Positions 13,801 through 27,482 of a DNA stretch of 64,000 nucleotides are shown here, one piece after another (position 1 is the stretch's first letter; each line of letters opens with the position of its first letter). The position numbers were made by a program, and so were the translations under genes. A model generated the notes under the pieces. That model was not told the DNA's origin. It saw only the letters and a list, made by a program, of their open reading frames with translations, and searched no databases. Source of the DNA: Eledone cirrhosa (Eukaryota); NCBI GenBank assembly GCA_964016885.1, contig OZ024750.1, positions 41,168,001-41,232,000 on the forward strand, given 5' to 3'.

Positions 13801-16800
13801 ATGACAATTGTGGTGGTGACAATGACAATGATGATGACAACTGTGGTGGTGACAGTGACAATGATGATGACAACTGTGGTGGTGACAATGACAATGATGA
13901 TGACAACTGTGATGGTGACAATGACAATGATGATGACAACTGTGGTGGTGACAGTGACAATGATGATGACAACTGTGGTGGTGACAGTGACAATGATGAT
14001 GACAATTGTGGTGGTGACAATGACAGTGATGATGACAACTGTGGTGGTGACAATGACAATGATGATGACAACTGTGGTGGTGACAGTGACAATGATGATG
14101 ACAACTGTGGTGGTGACAGTGACAATGATGATGACAACTGTGGTGGTGACAGTGACAATGATGATGACAACTGTGGTGGTGACAATGACAATGATGATGA
14201 CAACTGTGATGGTGACAATGACAATGATGATGACAACTGTGGTGGTGACAATGACAATGATGATGACAACTGTGGTGGTGACAGTGACAATGATGATGAC
14301 AACTGTGGTGGTGACAATGACAATGATGATGACAACTGTGGTGGTGACAATGACAATGATGATGACAACTGTGGTGGTGACAATGACAATGATGATGACA
14401 ACTGTGGTGGTGACAGTGACAATGATGATGACAACTGTGGTGGTGACAATGACAATGATGATGACAACTGTGGTGGTGATAGTGACAATGATGATGACAA
14501 CTGTGGTGGTGACAATGACAATGATGATGACAACTGTGGTGGTGACAGTGACAATGATGATGACAACTGTGATGGTGAGAACTGTGGTGGTGACAGTGAC
14601 AATGATGATGACAACTGTGGTGGTGACAGTGACAATGATGATGACAACTGTGGTGGTGACAGTGACAATGATGATGACAACTGTGGTGGTGACAGTGACA
14701 ATGATGATGACAACTGTGGTGGTGACAGTGACAATGATGATGACAACTGTGGTGGTGGTGACAATGACAATGATGATGACAACTGTGGTGGTGACAGTGA
14801 CAATGATGATGACAACTGTGGTGGTGACAGTGACAATGATGATGACAACTGTGGTGGTGACAATGACAATGATGATGACAACTGTGGTGGTGACAATGAC
14901 AATGATGATGATGACAACTGTGGTGGTGACAATGACAATGATGATGACAACTGTGGTGGTGACAAGTGACAATGATGGATGACGAACTGTGGTGGTGACA
15001 GTGACAATGATGGATGACAACTGTGGTGGTGACAGTGACAATGATGATGACAACTGTGGTGGTGACAATGACAATGATGATGACAACTGTGGTGGTGACG
15101 ATGACAATGATGATGATGACAACTGTGGTGGTGACAATGACAATGATGATGACAACTGTGGTGGTGACAGTGACAATGATGATGACAACTGTGGTGGTGA
15201 CAATGACAATGATGATGACAACTGTGGTGGTGACAGTGACAATGATGATGACAACTGTGGTGGTGACAATGACAATGATGATGACAACTGTGGTGGTGAC
15301 GATGACAATGATGATGATGACAACTGTGGTGGTGACAATGACAATGATGATGACAACTGTGGTGGTGACAGTGACAATGATGATGACAACTGTGGTGGTG
15401 ACAATGACAATGATGATGACAACTGTGGTGGTGACGATGACAATGATGATGATGACAACTGTGGTGGTGACAATGACAATGATGATGACAACTGTGGTGG
15501 TGACGATGACAATGATGATGATGACAACTGTGGTGGTGACAATGACAATGATGATGACAACTGTGGTGGTGACAGTGACAATGATGATGACAACTGTGGT
15601 GGTGACAATGACAATGATGATGACAACTGTGGTGGTGACAATGACAATGATGATGACAACTGTGGTGGTGACAATGACAATGATGATGACAACTGTGGTG
15701 GTGACAGTGACAATGATGATGACAACTGTGGTGGTGACAATGACAATGATGATGACAACTGTGGTGGTGACAGTGACAATGATGATGACAACTGTGGTGG
15801 TGACAATGACAATGATGATGACAACTGTGATGGTGACAATGACAATGATGATGACAACTGTGGTGGTGACAGTGACAATGATGATGACAACTGTGGTGGT
15901 GACAGTGACAATGATGATGACAACTGTGGTGGTGACAATGACAATGATGATGACAACTGTGATGGTGACAATGACAATGATGATGACAACTGTGGTGGTG
16001 ACAGTGACAATGATGATGACAACTGTGGTGGTGACAATGACAATGATGATGACAAATGTGGTGGTGACAATGACAATGATGATGACAACTGTGGTGGTGA
16101 CAGTGACAATGATGATGACAACTGTGGTGGTGACAATGACAATGATGATGACAACTGTGTTGGTGACAATGACAATGATGATGACAACTGTGGTGGTGAC
16201 AGTGACAATGATGATGACAACTGTGGTGGTGACAGTGACAATGATGATGACAACTGTGGTGGTGACAATGACAATGATGATGACAACTGTGGTGGTGACA
16301 ATGACAATGATGATGACAACTGTGGTGGTGACAGTGACAATGATGATGACAACTGTGGTGGTGACAGTGACAATGATGATGACAACTGTGGTGGTGACAG
16401 TGACAATGATGATGACAACTGTGGTGGTGACAATGACAATGATGATGACAACTGTGGTGGTGACAATGACAATGATGATGACAACTGTGGTGGTGACAAT
16501 GACAATGATGATGACAACTGTGGTGGTGACAGTGACAATGATGATGACAACTGTGGTGGTGACAATGACAATGATGATGACAACTGTGGTGGTGACAATG
16601 ACAATGATGATGACAACTGTGGTGGTGACAATGACAATGATGATGACAACTGTGGTGGTGACAGTGACAATGATGATGACAACTGTGGTGGTGACAATGA
16701 CAATGATGATGACAACTGTGGTGGTGACAGTGACAATGATGATGACAACTGTGGTGGTGACAATGACAATGATGATGACAACTGTGGTGGTGACAGTGAC

Positions 16801-17238
16801 AATGATGATGACAACTGTGATGGTGAGAACTGTGGTGGTGACAGTGACAATGATGATGACAACTGTGGTGGTGACAGTGACAATGATGATGACAACTGTG
16901 GTGGTGACAGTGACAATGATGATGACAACTGTGGTGGTGACAGTGACAATGATGATGACAACTGTGGTGGTGACAATGACAATGATGATGACAACTGTGG
17001 TGGTGACAATGACAACTGTGGGAGTGACAACTGTGGGTGGTGACAATGACAATGATGATGACAACTGTGGTGGTGACAATGACAATGATGATGACAACTG
17101 TGAATGTTGACAACTGTGGTGGTGACAGTGACAATGATGATGACAAACTGTGGTGACATGACAATGATGATGACAACTGTGGTGGTGACAATGACAATGA
17201 TGATGACAACTGTGGTGGTGACAGTGACAATGATGATG
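1887..17238. repeat. 33-bp minisatellite/satellite, consensus GACAACTGTGGTGGTGACA(A/G)TGACAATGATGAT, more than 15 kb
   Basis: Continuous tandem array of roughly 460-480 units, including shortened variants; runs into the N gap. Confidence 0.98.
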
Positions 17239-17438
17239 NNNNNNNNNNNNNNNNNNNNNNNNNNNNNNNNNNNNNNNNNNNNNNNNNNNNNNNNNNNNNN
17301 NNNNNNNNNNNNNNNNNNNNNNNNNNNNNNNNNNNNNNNNNNNNNNNNNNNNNNNNNNNNNNNNNNNNNNNNNNNNNNNNNNNNNNNNNNNNNNNNNNNN
17401 NNNNNNNNNNNNNNNNNNNNNNNNNNNNNNNNNNNNNN
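17239..17438. other. Assembly gap (200 N)
   Basis: Run of n. The round length suggests a scaffolding join, so true distance and adjacency across it are unknown. Confidence 0.99.
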
Positions 17439-18572
<1,134 letters not shown>

Positions 18573-19173
18573 TGGTGGCTGCCAACTCGTTTTCGAGTAC
18601 GGCCACTACTTTATATCCATGTAGGAGAACCCCTACCGATACGCTGAACGAGTGTGACTTTTTAGTCTAACCAGCGACTTCAAAACTCTGGTACAAACAC
18701 TACACTTGTGACAATTATTGACACATAGTGCTGGGCCCATGGTACCATGTGACGACAAATGCAGAGAGATCTCCAGATATAAAGCAATGCCTGTGCCGTG
18801 AAGCTTTTATAGTGAGCAAAGGCACTGCACAAAGCCAGTCCCACTCTCTTAACCAAGATGATATTTACCAAAATAGTCAACATCATTGGATATCATCAGG
18901 GTTGCAGGTGTTATATCAGAGTTTTCCTTCTCCTAGAATTCTACCTTGACTAAGGCTAAGGGGTCATCTCTCCCGGTGATTTTGGATGGCCATTGACTCT
19001 AAAGAGCTCCTTTGACCTTTGACAGGTTTTGTTTTTAGTCCTGCAGGATGTCCAAAGTCACCCTCCTCACCAAGAAACCTTGGTGGGGTTGCCAGTTTAG
19101 TCGCCAACGACCCGACCATGAGACAGGTTGTACTGGGATACATGTTACCAGTAGCACCAACTGGTGACCTGAC

Positions 19174-19320
19174 ATAATACATATATATACATATATATAT
19201 ACATATATATACATATATATATATATACATATACATATATATACATATACATATATATACATATACATATATATACATATATATATATATACATATATAT
19301 ACATATATATACATATATAC

Positions 19321-19413
<93 letters not shown>

Positions 19414-19682
19414 CATATATATATACATATATACATATATATACATATATACATATATATACATATATACATATATATACATATACATATATATACATAT
19501 ATACATATATACATATATATACATATATACATATATATACATATACATATATATACATATATACATATATACATATATATACATATATATACATATATAC
19601 ACATATATACATATATATACATATATACATATATATACATATATACATATATATACATATATACATATATATACATATATAC

Positions 19683-19732
<50 letters not shown>

Positions 19733-19779
19733 ATACATATACATATATATATACATATACATATATATATATATATATA

Positions 19780-19811
<32 letters not shown>

Positions 19812-19893
19812 ATATATACATATACATATATATATATACATATACATATATATACATATATATACATATATATACATACATACATATATATAT
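19174..19893. repeat. (TA)n/(TACA) microsatellite
   Basis: tatacatata tract of about 0.7 kb. Confidence 0.97.
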
Positions 19894-20186
19894 AAAATGT
19901 GGATACGGAGATGCTGAAAATGAAATTGGGAAATGGGTTAAGACGAGAACATTTCACCACCCCTTGTGTGTGTGGAGGGGGTATCATTGCCGGAGTGGGG
20001 GTAGGCCTGAAAATCTACCCTTTCCTAAAATGCCCCTAAATGACTTGTGTCTCATATATCCTCTAACAACCGAAGCCCAGCTCCTGACAGGGGGGGGGGG
20101 GGGGCTTGCGTTCAATGGCTAATTACTCGTGCCTTAAAACCAGTTGCTCTTGGTAGACAGAACTCGTTAGTCTTGGGTGGCAGTTT

Positions 20187-20458
20187 GTCTTGGAGAAGGG
20201 TGACCCTGATTTCGAAAGCAGGATAGATGGAACTCTTTGGTTATAATTAAGGCAACCCATCTCTGTGCAGGAACTTGGAAATGTCTCTGGTTGGTGTCTG
20301 GGTGTGCAGTAAGTTCACTGGTGTCTTGGAGAAGGGTGACCCTGATTTCAAAAGCAGGATAGATGGAACTCTTTGGTTATAATTATGGCAACCCATCTGT
20401 GTGCAGGAACTTGGAAATGTCTCTGGTTGGTGTCTGGATGTGCAGTAAGTTCACTGGA
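20187..20458. repeat. Local tandem duplication of about 135 bp
   Basis: tgtcttggagaagggtgaccctgatttc...gtaagttcactgg occurs twice head-to-tail with few mismatches. Confidence 0.9.
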
Positions 20459-21258
20459 AGTGAAGGATCTTGAACTGTTGTTACACCATTCTTCTAAGAG
20501 ATGGGAAATTCTGAAGTGGAATCTGTGATTTACGTGGTTGATGGCCGTCCTGCTTAGGTTTGTCATTATATAATAACCAATGAGACTTTGTTAGTGTCAG
20601 TTGTGCAAAAGCGAGCAAGACACTGTCCCCCCCCCCCCCCCCCCTTCGTAACTGACACTGTTGTCGACACGGTAAGAAGAAGTCGTAAAATACAAACGGT
20701 TTTTTTTTTTCTATAATCCATGATGTAGAGATGTCTGCTTTTGCAATCTTATCATGTCATTCTATCTATCCAATGAGGCCGGAACTCTGAATTTTTGGCA
20801 CCATATAGATATAGGACAGATTGTTGAATCTATTGGGGGTGTCATGCAAATTTGCGCCAATGAAATGAAATACCGCCACTTCCATAGTTTCCTCACCTCC
20901 TGATATGTAGTATAGACAGGAACAGTCACAGTTCCCGAGTCAGCTTTACAGATGTGTCCTAAGTTGAAGTGTGTTGTCAGTGCCTGGGGAGGGAAGGGGT
21001 GTCTTGGTTTTTCCTTTTGTTGTTGTAATGAGAAGTCAACTCCAAGCACATGGGAGGGTGTAGACTTTCAGGAATGATGGAGGTGATGTTGAATCGGCTA
21101 TCATCTGACAAGATGAAGTAATAATCATACAGACGTGTTTTATTTTGAAGGCTACCACAAATTGAATTAGACTGTAATAGATTCATTTTTTTATATATTT
21201 TTCAGATATCACTCAGGACATTATAACATTTTTTTTTTCATTTTACTAAAGCTACTGC

Positions 21259-23376
21259 ATGCCATATTTTTCATGGGAAAACGATTCTGGTAGGAAGAAG
21301 AAATTGAAACTAAGCAACTTTTCTTCCAATATGGAAGAGATGAGACTGGGTTGCCATAACAGAGAGTTCTCAAAAATAAATAACACAACTAAAAAGGAAA
21401 ACAATGACTCTAACACTCGGACAACAACCATAAAAGTGAACGACTCTGCTGAGAATACTGTATATGTAAATAATTCATTGACTCCAATCAATGGAACCAG
21501 CTTTTCCGATAGTCCTAATCAGCAATGTATCCAACAGCCAAAGCGACAAAAAAATATGTTTTACATTCGTATATTACGAGCAATTTGCCAAAACCTGGAC
21601 AATAAAATGTGTATTCAACAAATGAAAGATTTAAACAGCAATAAAAAACGGAGACATTTTAAAGATTCACTAAATTCTAAGGTTGCTATTGGTGACGGTA
21701 GTTTGGATAAGAGTAAAAAACACAAAGATAAGTTAGAAAATTGTCTTTCTGCGATTTCGAATATTAATAAGACATGTACTACTTGTAGTCCAAAAGACAT
21801 CACAGAATTTGTTGGGTTTCTAGGCCTGAGTGAACTGATATCTAGAGAGAAAACACGTAGTTCAAAAGATGTCATTCCTACACCTAAGTTTGAAATTATA
21901 GAAAAAAATAGGAATAAAGATTTATCGATCCTTAAAAAGAAACCCCCTGCGTTTATCGAAACTGTGTTGAAAGTTCTGAAGATGAAAACCCATCCGGAAC
22001 TGTCATCTCTTATAAAACTACATTTAAAACCGGGTATCAGCAAAAGTATTAGGGAAAAGATTCGCCAGATCGCCGTTCGCACGAAATCGAAAATACTACA
22101 CAGAGAAAATAGAATGGTAGACTTACTTAAACCAAAAGATGTTAATACTGCAAATAATATGATTATCACCGAAAGCAATTGTTTAAACGAAAAATCCCCA
22201 CATTTAAAAAACTCTAATGAAAGTAAAAATAATTTTGATTTTAAGGAAAAAATTACTGATGAAAATAAGGAAAGTGTTAACCCAAATAAAATACAAATAA
22301 CGTCGGAAAATTCAACAATTTCCGTTGAAAAGGTTTCAGAGCACATAAAAAGAAATATCAAACATATAGATTCTCCGAAAACTCCCAAGAAAATTATCGA
22401 TTTGCGATCAATAAAACGTTCAAGTAGTCAAAAATTGGATTATGAAAAGAATTGTAGAAGTATTTCAACAGACAAAATATTTATTGGAAGAAACATTAAT
22501 GGAATGGCGTCTAAACTATCTTCGCTGTCGTCTGGGACATTAAGTGGTTATCCAAAATCTAAATGTGATTCATTGACGTCGAGCGATCCACGTTCTATCT
22601 ATAACACAAATCTGACGAGAACCAAATATTTACAACGAGGGTGTTCTGAACCTACTGAGGGTGTCTTGGCAGGTTCAAAACACTCGATTATAATCAAACC
22701 CCTGTTATCGAATAAGAGAAAAAGTGAGAGTGATTTAGAGAATGGACGCGATCACTCTTTACCGAAAAGAATGTGTTTAGATTTGGATGAAATATGCTTC
22801 GCCAACAATGTGATATTAAGAAGTACGCCTTGCTCAAAAGTGTTCAATAATGTTCTTGAAGATAGAATGAAGGATAGTCAAAAAAGGGTTTTAGAAATGT
22901 ATTGTTACAAGAAGGAGAATGATGTCAAGCAAGAATTAAAGAAGCATGAAAAGTGTTTGTCTTTCCTCGAATTAAAGCAACATTACGAACTAAAAAACTT
23001 TTATGAAAAGTCTATAAATTGTCCTATTAATAAACGAATCGAGTTAGAAATTGAACATCGTCTGCAAACACGTCGATTAAAAGATCATCTGCACGAACAA
23101 CTATCGCGCCTCGATAGAGACTTTCAATATCTCTTCAATGTTCTCTTAAGTCGACAAAACAGAGATCTGGTGGATTTACATACGGTCTTCATGAAAAATT
23201 CTTTACAATCCGATTATTTAACAATTCTGTTACGTAAAGGACCAACACGTGAGAACAAATTCACAATTTGTTACCAGCAAGTCACGGCTCCACCTAACGT
23301 AATAGTAACTCTTTTGAGAGAAGATGAAGTCTACGATTCTTTCTACAGTCACAAGGTTTTGGAGGATGGCTTTTGA
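21259..23376 (+). CDS. Uncharacterised 705-aa Lys/Ser/Asn-rich protein; single large exon, possibly the terminal exon of a longer gene
   Basis: 2118-nt stop-free, repeat-free ORF in AT-rich DNA; acceptor-like T-tracts ending in AG at 21205 and 21251; AATAAA at 23423; basic NLS-like RKKKLK near the start; helical, charged C-terminal region. No family recognised. Confidence 0.75.
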   Translation: MPYFSWENDSGRKKKLKLSNFSSNMEEMRLGCHNREFSKINNTTKKENNDSNTRTTTIKVNDSAENTVYVNNSLTPINGTSFSDSPNQQCIQQPKRQKNMFYIRILRAICQNLDNKMCIQQMKDLNSNKKRRHFKDSLNSKVAIGDGSLDKSKKHKDKLENCLSAISNINKTCTTCSPKDITEFVGFLGLSELISREKTRSSKDVIPTPKFEIIEKNRNKDLSILKKKPPAFIETVLKVLKMKTHPELSSLIKLHLKPGISKSIREKIRQIAVRTKSKILHRENRMVDLLKPKDVNTANNMIITESNCLNEKSPHLKNSNESKNNFDFKEKITDENKESVNPNKIQITSENSTISVEKVSEHIKRNIKHIDSPKTPKKIIDLRSIKRSSSQKLDYEKNCRSISTDKIFIGRNINGMASKLSSLSSGTLSGYPKSKCDSLTSSDPRSIYNTNLTRTKYLQRGCSEPTEGVLAGSKHSIIIKPLLSNKRKSESDLENGRDHSLPKRMCLDLDEICFANNVILRSTPCSKVFNNVLEDRMKDSQKRVLEMYCYKKENDVKQELKKHEKCLSFLELKQHYELKNFYEKSINCPINKRIELEIEHRLQTRRLKDHLHEQLSRLDRDFQYLFNVLLSRQNRDLVDLHTVFMKNSLQSDYLTILLRKGPTRENKFTICYQQVTAPPNVIVTLLREDEVYDSFYSHKVLEDGF

Positions 23377-23422
23377 ATTCATTGGAAAACAATTCTTTTC
23401 ATTTTTTTATTGTTTTATTTTT

Positions 23423-23428
23423 AATAAA
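23423..23428 (+). promoter_or_regulatory. Candidate polyadenylation signal of the 705-aa ORF
   Basis: AATAAA 47 nt after the TGA, in T-rich context. Confidence 0.5.
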
Positions 23429-23549
23429 ATCCTTTTATATTTTATACGAACCTTCTTTAATACAGTGGACCAGTACCTTCAATACTGACAGGAATAGCGT
23501 TGAATGTATTTACTATGGCATGTCGTATGAACCAGGATTATTGGCCCGT

Positions 23550-23850
23550 CACTTACTGGTTATGGTGTTCGGCTTACGACCGTAAGTTCGTGAGTTCGAT
23601 TCTCGAACCAGATAGTGCTTTCGATCCTTGAGCAAGACATTTTATTTCACGTTGCTCCAGTCAACTCAACTGGCAAAAGTGAGTTGTACCTGTAATTCAA
23701 AGGGCCAGCCATGTCGCACACTATGTCACGTTGAATCTCTTTGAAAACTACGTTTAGGGTGCACGTGTCTGTGGAATGCTCAGCCACTTACACGTTGGTT
23801 TCACGAACAGCCAGTTCCGTTAATTGGATCAATTGAATCACTTGCCCTTG
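23550..23850 (+). mobile_element. tRNA-derived SINE (CORE/V-like central domain)
   Basis: B-box gagttcgattctc, then tccttgagcaagacattttatttcacgttgctccagt, shared with the family B copies. Confidence 0.7.
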
Positions 23851-24617
23851 CTGTCTGAAAGGAAGGAGGTCAAACAGCAGGATATATGAACAATCATACA
23901 AACTGGGGAATTTGAGTTTTGATAAATTTAGGGTTTACATAAGAGAAACCTTATCGTTTATATAGATTACTGATACGTGTATGTGATTAAAGATAATAAT
24001 GATATTCTAATAATCTATTTCTAGGATATAATTACATAAATATTCAGAATATATGTACAAATGACAGGATTAAATATATGAGTAACTTTGGTGAAATAAC
24101 TATTTACAGGAACAAATGTAGGGTTGGAACCCAGGACCTTGTGACAGGAAAGTGAGCTTCTTATCGTAGCAACATAACTGAGATTGGAAATGCATTGAGT
24201 GTATATGTGCATGTTTATGGACATTTTAAATATACATATCAGATTCCTCTTAAATCCAGCTTCTCCCTCAGTTCATCCAAGATCTGCCTTTCTTTCACAT
24301 TTACATTACACATGCATCGAAGCATGGTTGCTTCATTTCTCTCCAGTCTACGCATGTCTTTTGCAGTCACTGCCCATGTTTCACTACCATGTAATATCAC
24401 ATTTCAGACAAGACGTCATACACATATACAAACACACGTGACGTATTATTAAGGTTGGTTTCTAACCATCATCATCGTTTAACGTCTATCTTCCAGGCAA
24501 GCATGGGTTAGACGAGTTTGTCCCATTTGAGGCAAGTTGGGTCGGGTGACCCTGTCTCGCTCATATAGGACCATTTCTGGTTGATTTTCTACGGCTGGAT
24601 GCCCTTCCAAGCGCCAA

Positions 24618-24880
24618 CAACATTTACAATGTGGACTGGGTGCTTTTTGTCGTGACACCTACACGAACACTTTACAGTGTGTACTGGGTGCTTTTTGTCG
24701 TGACACCTACACGACCACTTTACAGTGTGTACTGGGTGCTTTTTGTCGTGACACCTACACGACCACTTTACAGTGTGTACTGGGTGCTTTTTGTCGTGAC
24801 ACCTACACGACCTCTTTACAGTGTGTACTGGGTGCTTTTTGTCGTGACACCTATACGACCACTTTACAGTGTGGGCTGGA
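24618..24880. repeat. 51-bp minisatellite (about 5 units) inside a SINE tail
   Basis: tttacagtgtgtactgggtgctttttgtcgtgacacctacacgaccac repeated; a related unexpanded segment is at about 42015-42065. Confidence 0.9.
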
Positions 24881-25204
24881 TGTTTTGTGGTACCAATAAA
24901 ACTTTACAGAGTACGGGTGGTGTGGACGTAAGGTGTAGGGGGTGTATATGTATATTGGATTAGAAGGTGCGCAAGGAAAGGCGGGTCTTTTGTCTTACTA
25001 CGTAGCGCCAAAGATCTCCAACCTGTGTCATTGTCTAATATTCTATGTATATTTGCATAGACTGGAAAGTCGAAAACGCTCTTTCTGTATTATTAATCTC
25101 TTAATAGTAGCCATTAAAATATTTCAGAACAATGAACTGCATTAATCTTTCCCAGTATATCCGTCTTCTCGAAAAATACCAGTCAAGTACTGGGGATCGA
25201 TTCT

Positions 25205-25345
25205 CTCTCTCTCTCTCTCTTCTCTGGAAGAAATCTGCTTTGTTCAGACATGGAGAAGAGATAGAATCCACCAGACGTAAAATGCCCTAGAAACGCCGTA
25301 TGTCAATAGAGCGCTCCTGAAACTTTATCAAGAATTACAGGACAT
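25205..25345 (+). mobile_element. Dispersed repeat family C (unclassified)
   Basis: gaaatctgc...aaatgccctagaaacgccgtatgtcaata; related copies at about 47360-47490 (+), 54255-54400 (-) and 59435-59575 (-). Confidence 0.7.
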
Positions 25346-25354
25346 TATTTTACC

Positions 25355-25525
25355 GCAGTATCGGTAGAGGGTCAGACATGCTTTCTAGCATAGTTACGTC
25401 CCTTTACGATCTGAGTTCAAATCCCGCCGAGGTTGACTTTGCCTTTCATCCTTACGAGGTCGATAAAATAAAGTACCAGTAATATACTGGATAATTGCTG
25501 GCCTTGTGCCAAAAAGTAGAAACAA
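25355..25525 (+). mobile_element. SINE family A copy
   Basis: Near-identical to 1550-1722. Confidence 0.85.
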
Positions 25526-25844
25526 TTATTTTACCATACATACCTAGTAATATTTCTTTTCATCCCAGTCTTCTTTAACGAGTTTCAAACACTGGACAGC
25601 GGCCATACTGCCGTATCACTTTATTTTGTATTTTGATATCTTACGACAAGTTAAAGTCATAAAGGGAAATAACTCAGACAATACTGCAAACTAGTTTTGT
25701 TCCCCTTCACAGAGAGAGAGAAAGCAGTTTGCTTCCACCAAATTCCACTAACAAGGTATTTCACCAACTTGAGACTATGATAGAAAACACTTCCCAAAGT
25801 GCCATGTAGCGAGATTAAACCTAAAAAAGCACACAAATCTAAAT

Positions 25845-26207
25845 CAGAGGTTCTCAAAGTGGATGCTACCACTCTAGGGGGGGGGGGGGGGGGGAGAAAT
25901 TCGAGTGGAGCGCTGAACTGTATGGGGGGGGGGGGGGGGGGGCAGTAGCGATGATATCAAATGTATATTATATAAAATGTGTATTTATATATGTATATAT
26001 AAAATGTATATTTATATATGTATATATTATATAAAAATATAGTAAAATGAAAAAATATATATTTATTTATTTATACATAGTATATATTATATCATATATT
26101 ATATTATATATTATTTACAATTTGTGTGTAGGCAGGTCTCTCTGGAAATAGGGTGTGAGGGTGTTGAGGGTATTATGTGGCCATGAGGGCGGGGGGGAGA
26201 ACCTCTG
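25845..26207. mobile_element. hAT (Charlie-like) MITE, opposite orientation to 29868-30336
   Basis: TIRs CAGAGGTTCTC / GAGAACCTCTG; degenerate 8-bp TSD atctaaat / atgtaaaa; interior matches the reverse complement of the 29868 copy. Confidence 0.8.
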
Positions 26208-26319
26208 ATGTAAAAGTTTAACCTGCTAAATAATTTTCTACTTTTGGCACAAGGCCAGCAATTACCCCAGTGCATTACTGGTACTTTATTTTATCGACCC
26301 CGTAAGGATGAAAGGTAAT

Positions 26320-26635
26320 GTCTATCCGACGTTCTAACCACTCTACCAGACCTTCTAACCACTCTGCCATTCTATCTAACGTTCTAACCACTCTGCCATT
26401 CTATCTGACGTTCTAACCACTCTGCCATTCTATCTGACGTTCTAACCACTATGCCATTCTATCTGACGTTCTAACCACTATGCCATTCTATCTGACGTTT
26501 TAACCACTCTGCCATTCTATCTGACGTTCTAACCACACGACCATTCTATCTGACGTTCTAACCACTCTACCATTCTATCTGACGTTCTAACCACACGACC
26601 ATTCTATCTGACGTTCTCACCACTCTACCATTCTG
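26320..26635. repeat. 29-bp minisatellite tctatctgacgttctaaccactctgccat
   Basis: About 10-11 tandem units; reverse complement atggcagagtggttagaacgtcaga resembles a SINE/tRNA A-box head. Confidence 0.9.
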
Positions 26636-27204
26636 CTGCCTTACTCTCGTAATATACTGAAGACTTTAAAAAGAAGAGATTTTACAACAAACAACATAAG
26701 ATGAAAGAAAAAAGAAAAAAAACTAAAACAGTTTGTTTCTCAATTTTAATTTGTGGGGCTTTTGCCATTAAAATTGGGTTTTACAGGCAAATATACCATT
26801 AACCTTGTGGGGGCTTTGCCATTAAAATCGGATTTTACAGGCAAGTATACCATTAATTTTAAAGGATCTTTTTTAAATGTTCATTTAACTCATATGTACA
26901 GCCAATCCTTTGGAATTAAGGAAAAGTGAATAGCTTCTCCAACAAAATTACATAATTGTACATTTACATAAACATGAAGCCCAAGATTGTTAAGAATAGG
27001 GAAATGGGAAGTTGTGACATTCATGCCCTTCCAAGACATTAGTGGCAGAACTGGAATAAAATGGTTACAATCAAGAATAAAAACCAATTGAAGGATTTCT
27101 CACAAGGAGCTCACCTCTACTTCGTGGTGCTGGCTAAATAATAAATACAATTATTATTATTGTTATTAATGAAATGTCTTTATTATGTACAATGTGAGTT
27201 AGAA

Positions 27205-27420
27205 AGGTGAGTGTGTGTGTGACTGTGGCTGTGTGTGTGTGTGTGTGTGACTGCGGCTGTGTGTGTGACTGTAGCCGTGTGTGTGTGTAGCCGTGTGTGT
27301 GACTGTGACTGTGTGTGTGTGTAGCCGTGCGTGTGACTGTGTGTGAGTGTGTGTTTGTGTGAGTGTATCTTTGTATATCTGTGTGTATGCGTGTGTCTGT
27401 CTGTTTATACGTCTGTGTGA
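27205..27420. repeat. (GT)n-derived microsatellite
   Basis: gtgtgtgactgtagcc tract. Confidence 0.9.
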
Positions 27421-27482
27421 GTAAGTGAAATTGTGACAAAATATTTTTTTTTTTAACTTTTCAGCTACGGAAGCACATTCTC

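Noticed and set aside
20348-21186. Short minus-strand ORFs upstream of the 705-aa ORF
   Set aside because: No recognisable motif; they partly overlap a local duplication and look like decayed repeat sequence.
21615-22388. 257-aa hydrophobic antisense ORF
   Set aside because: Shadow of the 705-aa plus-strand ORF; no independent motif.
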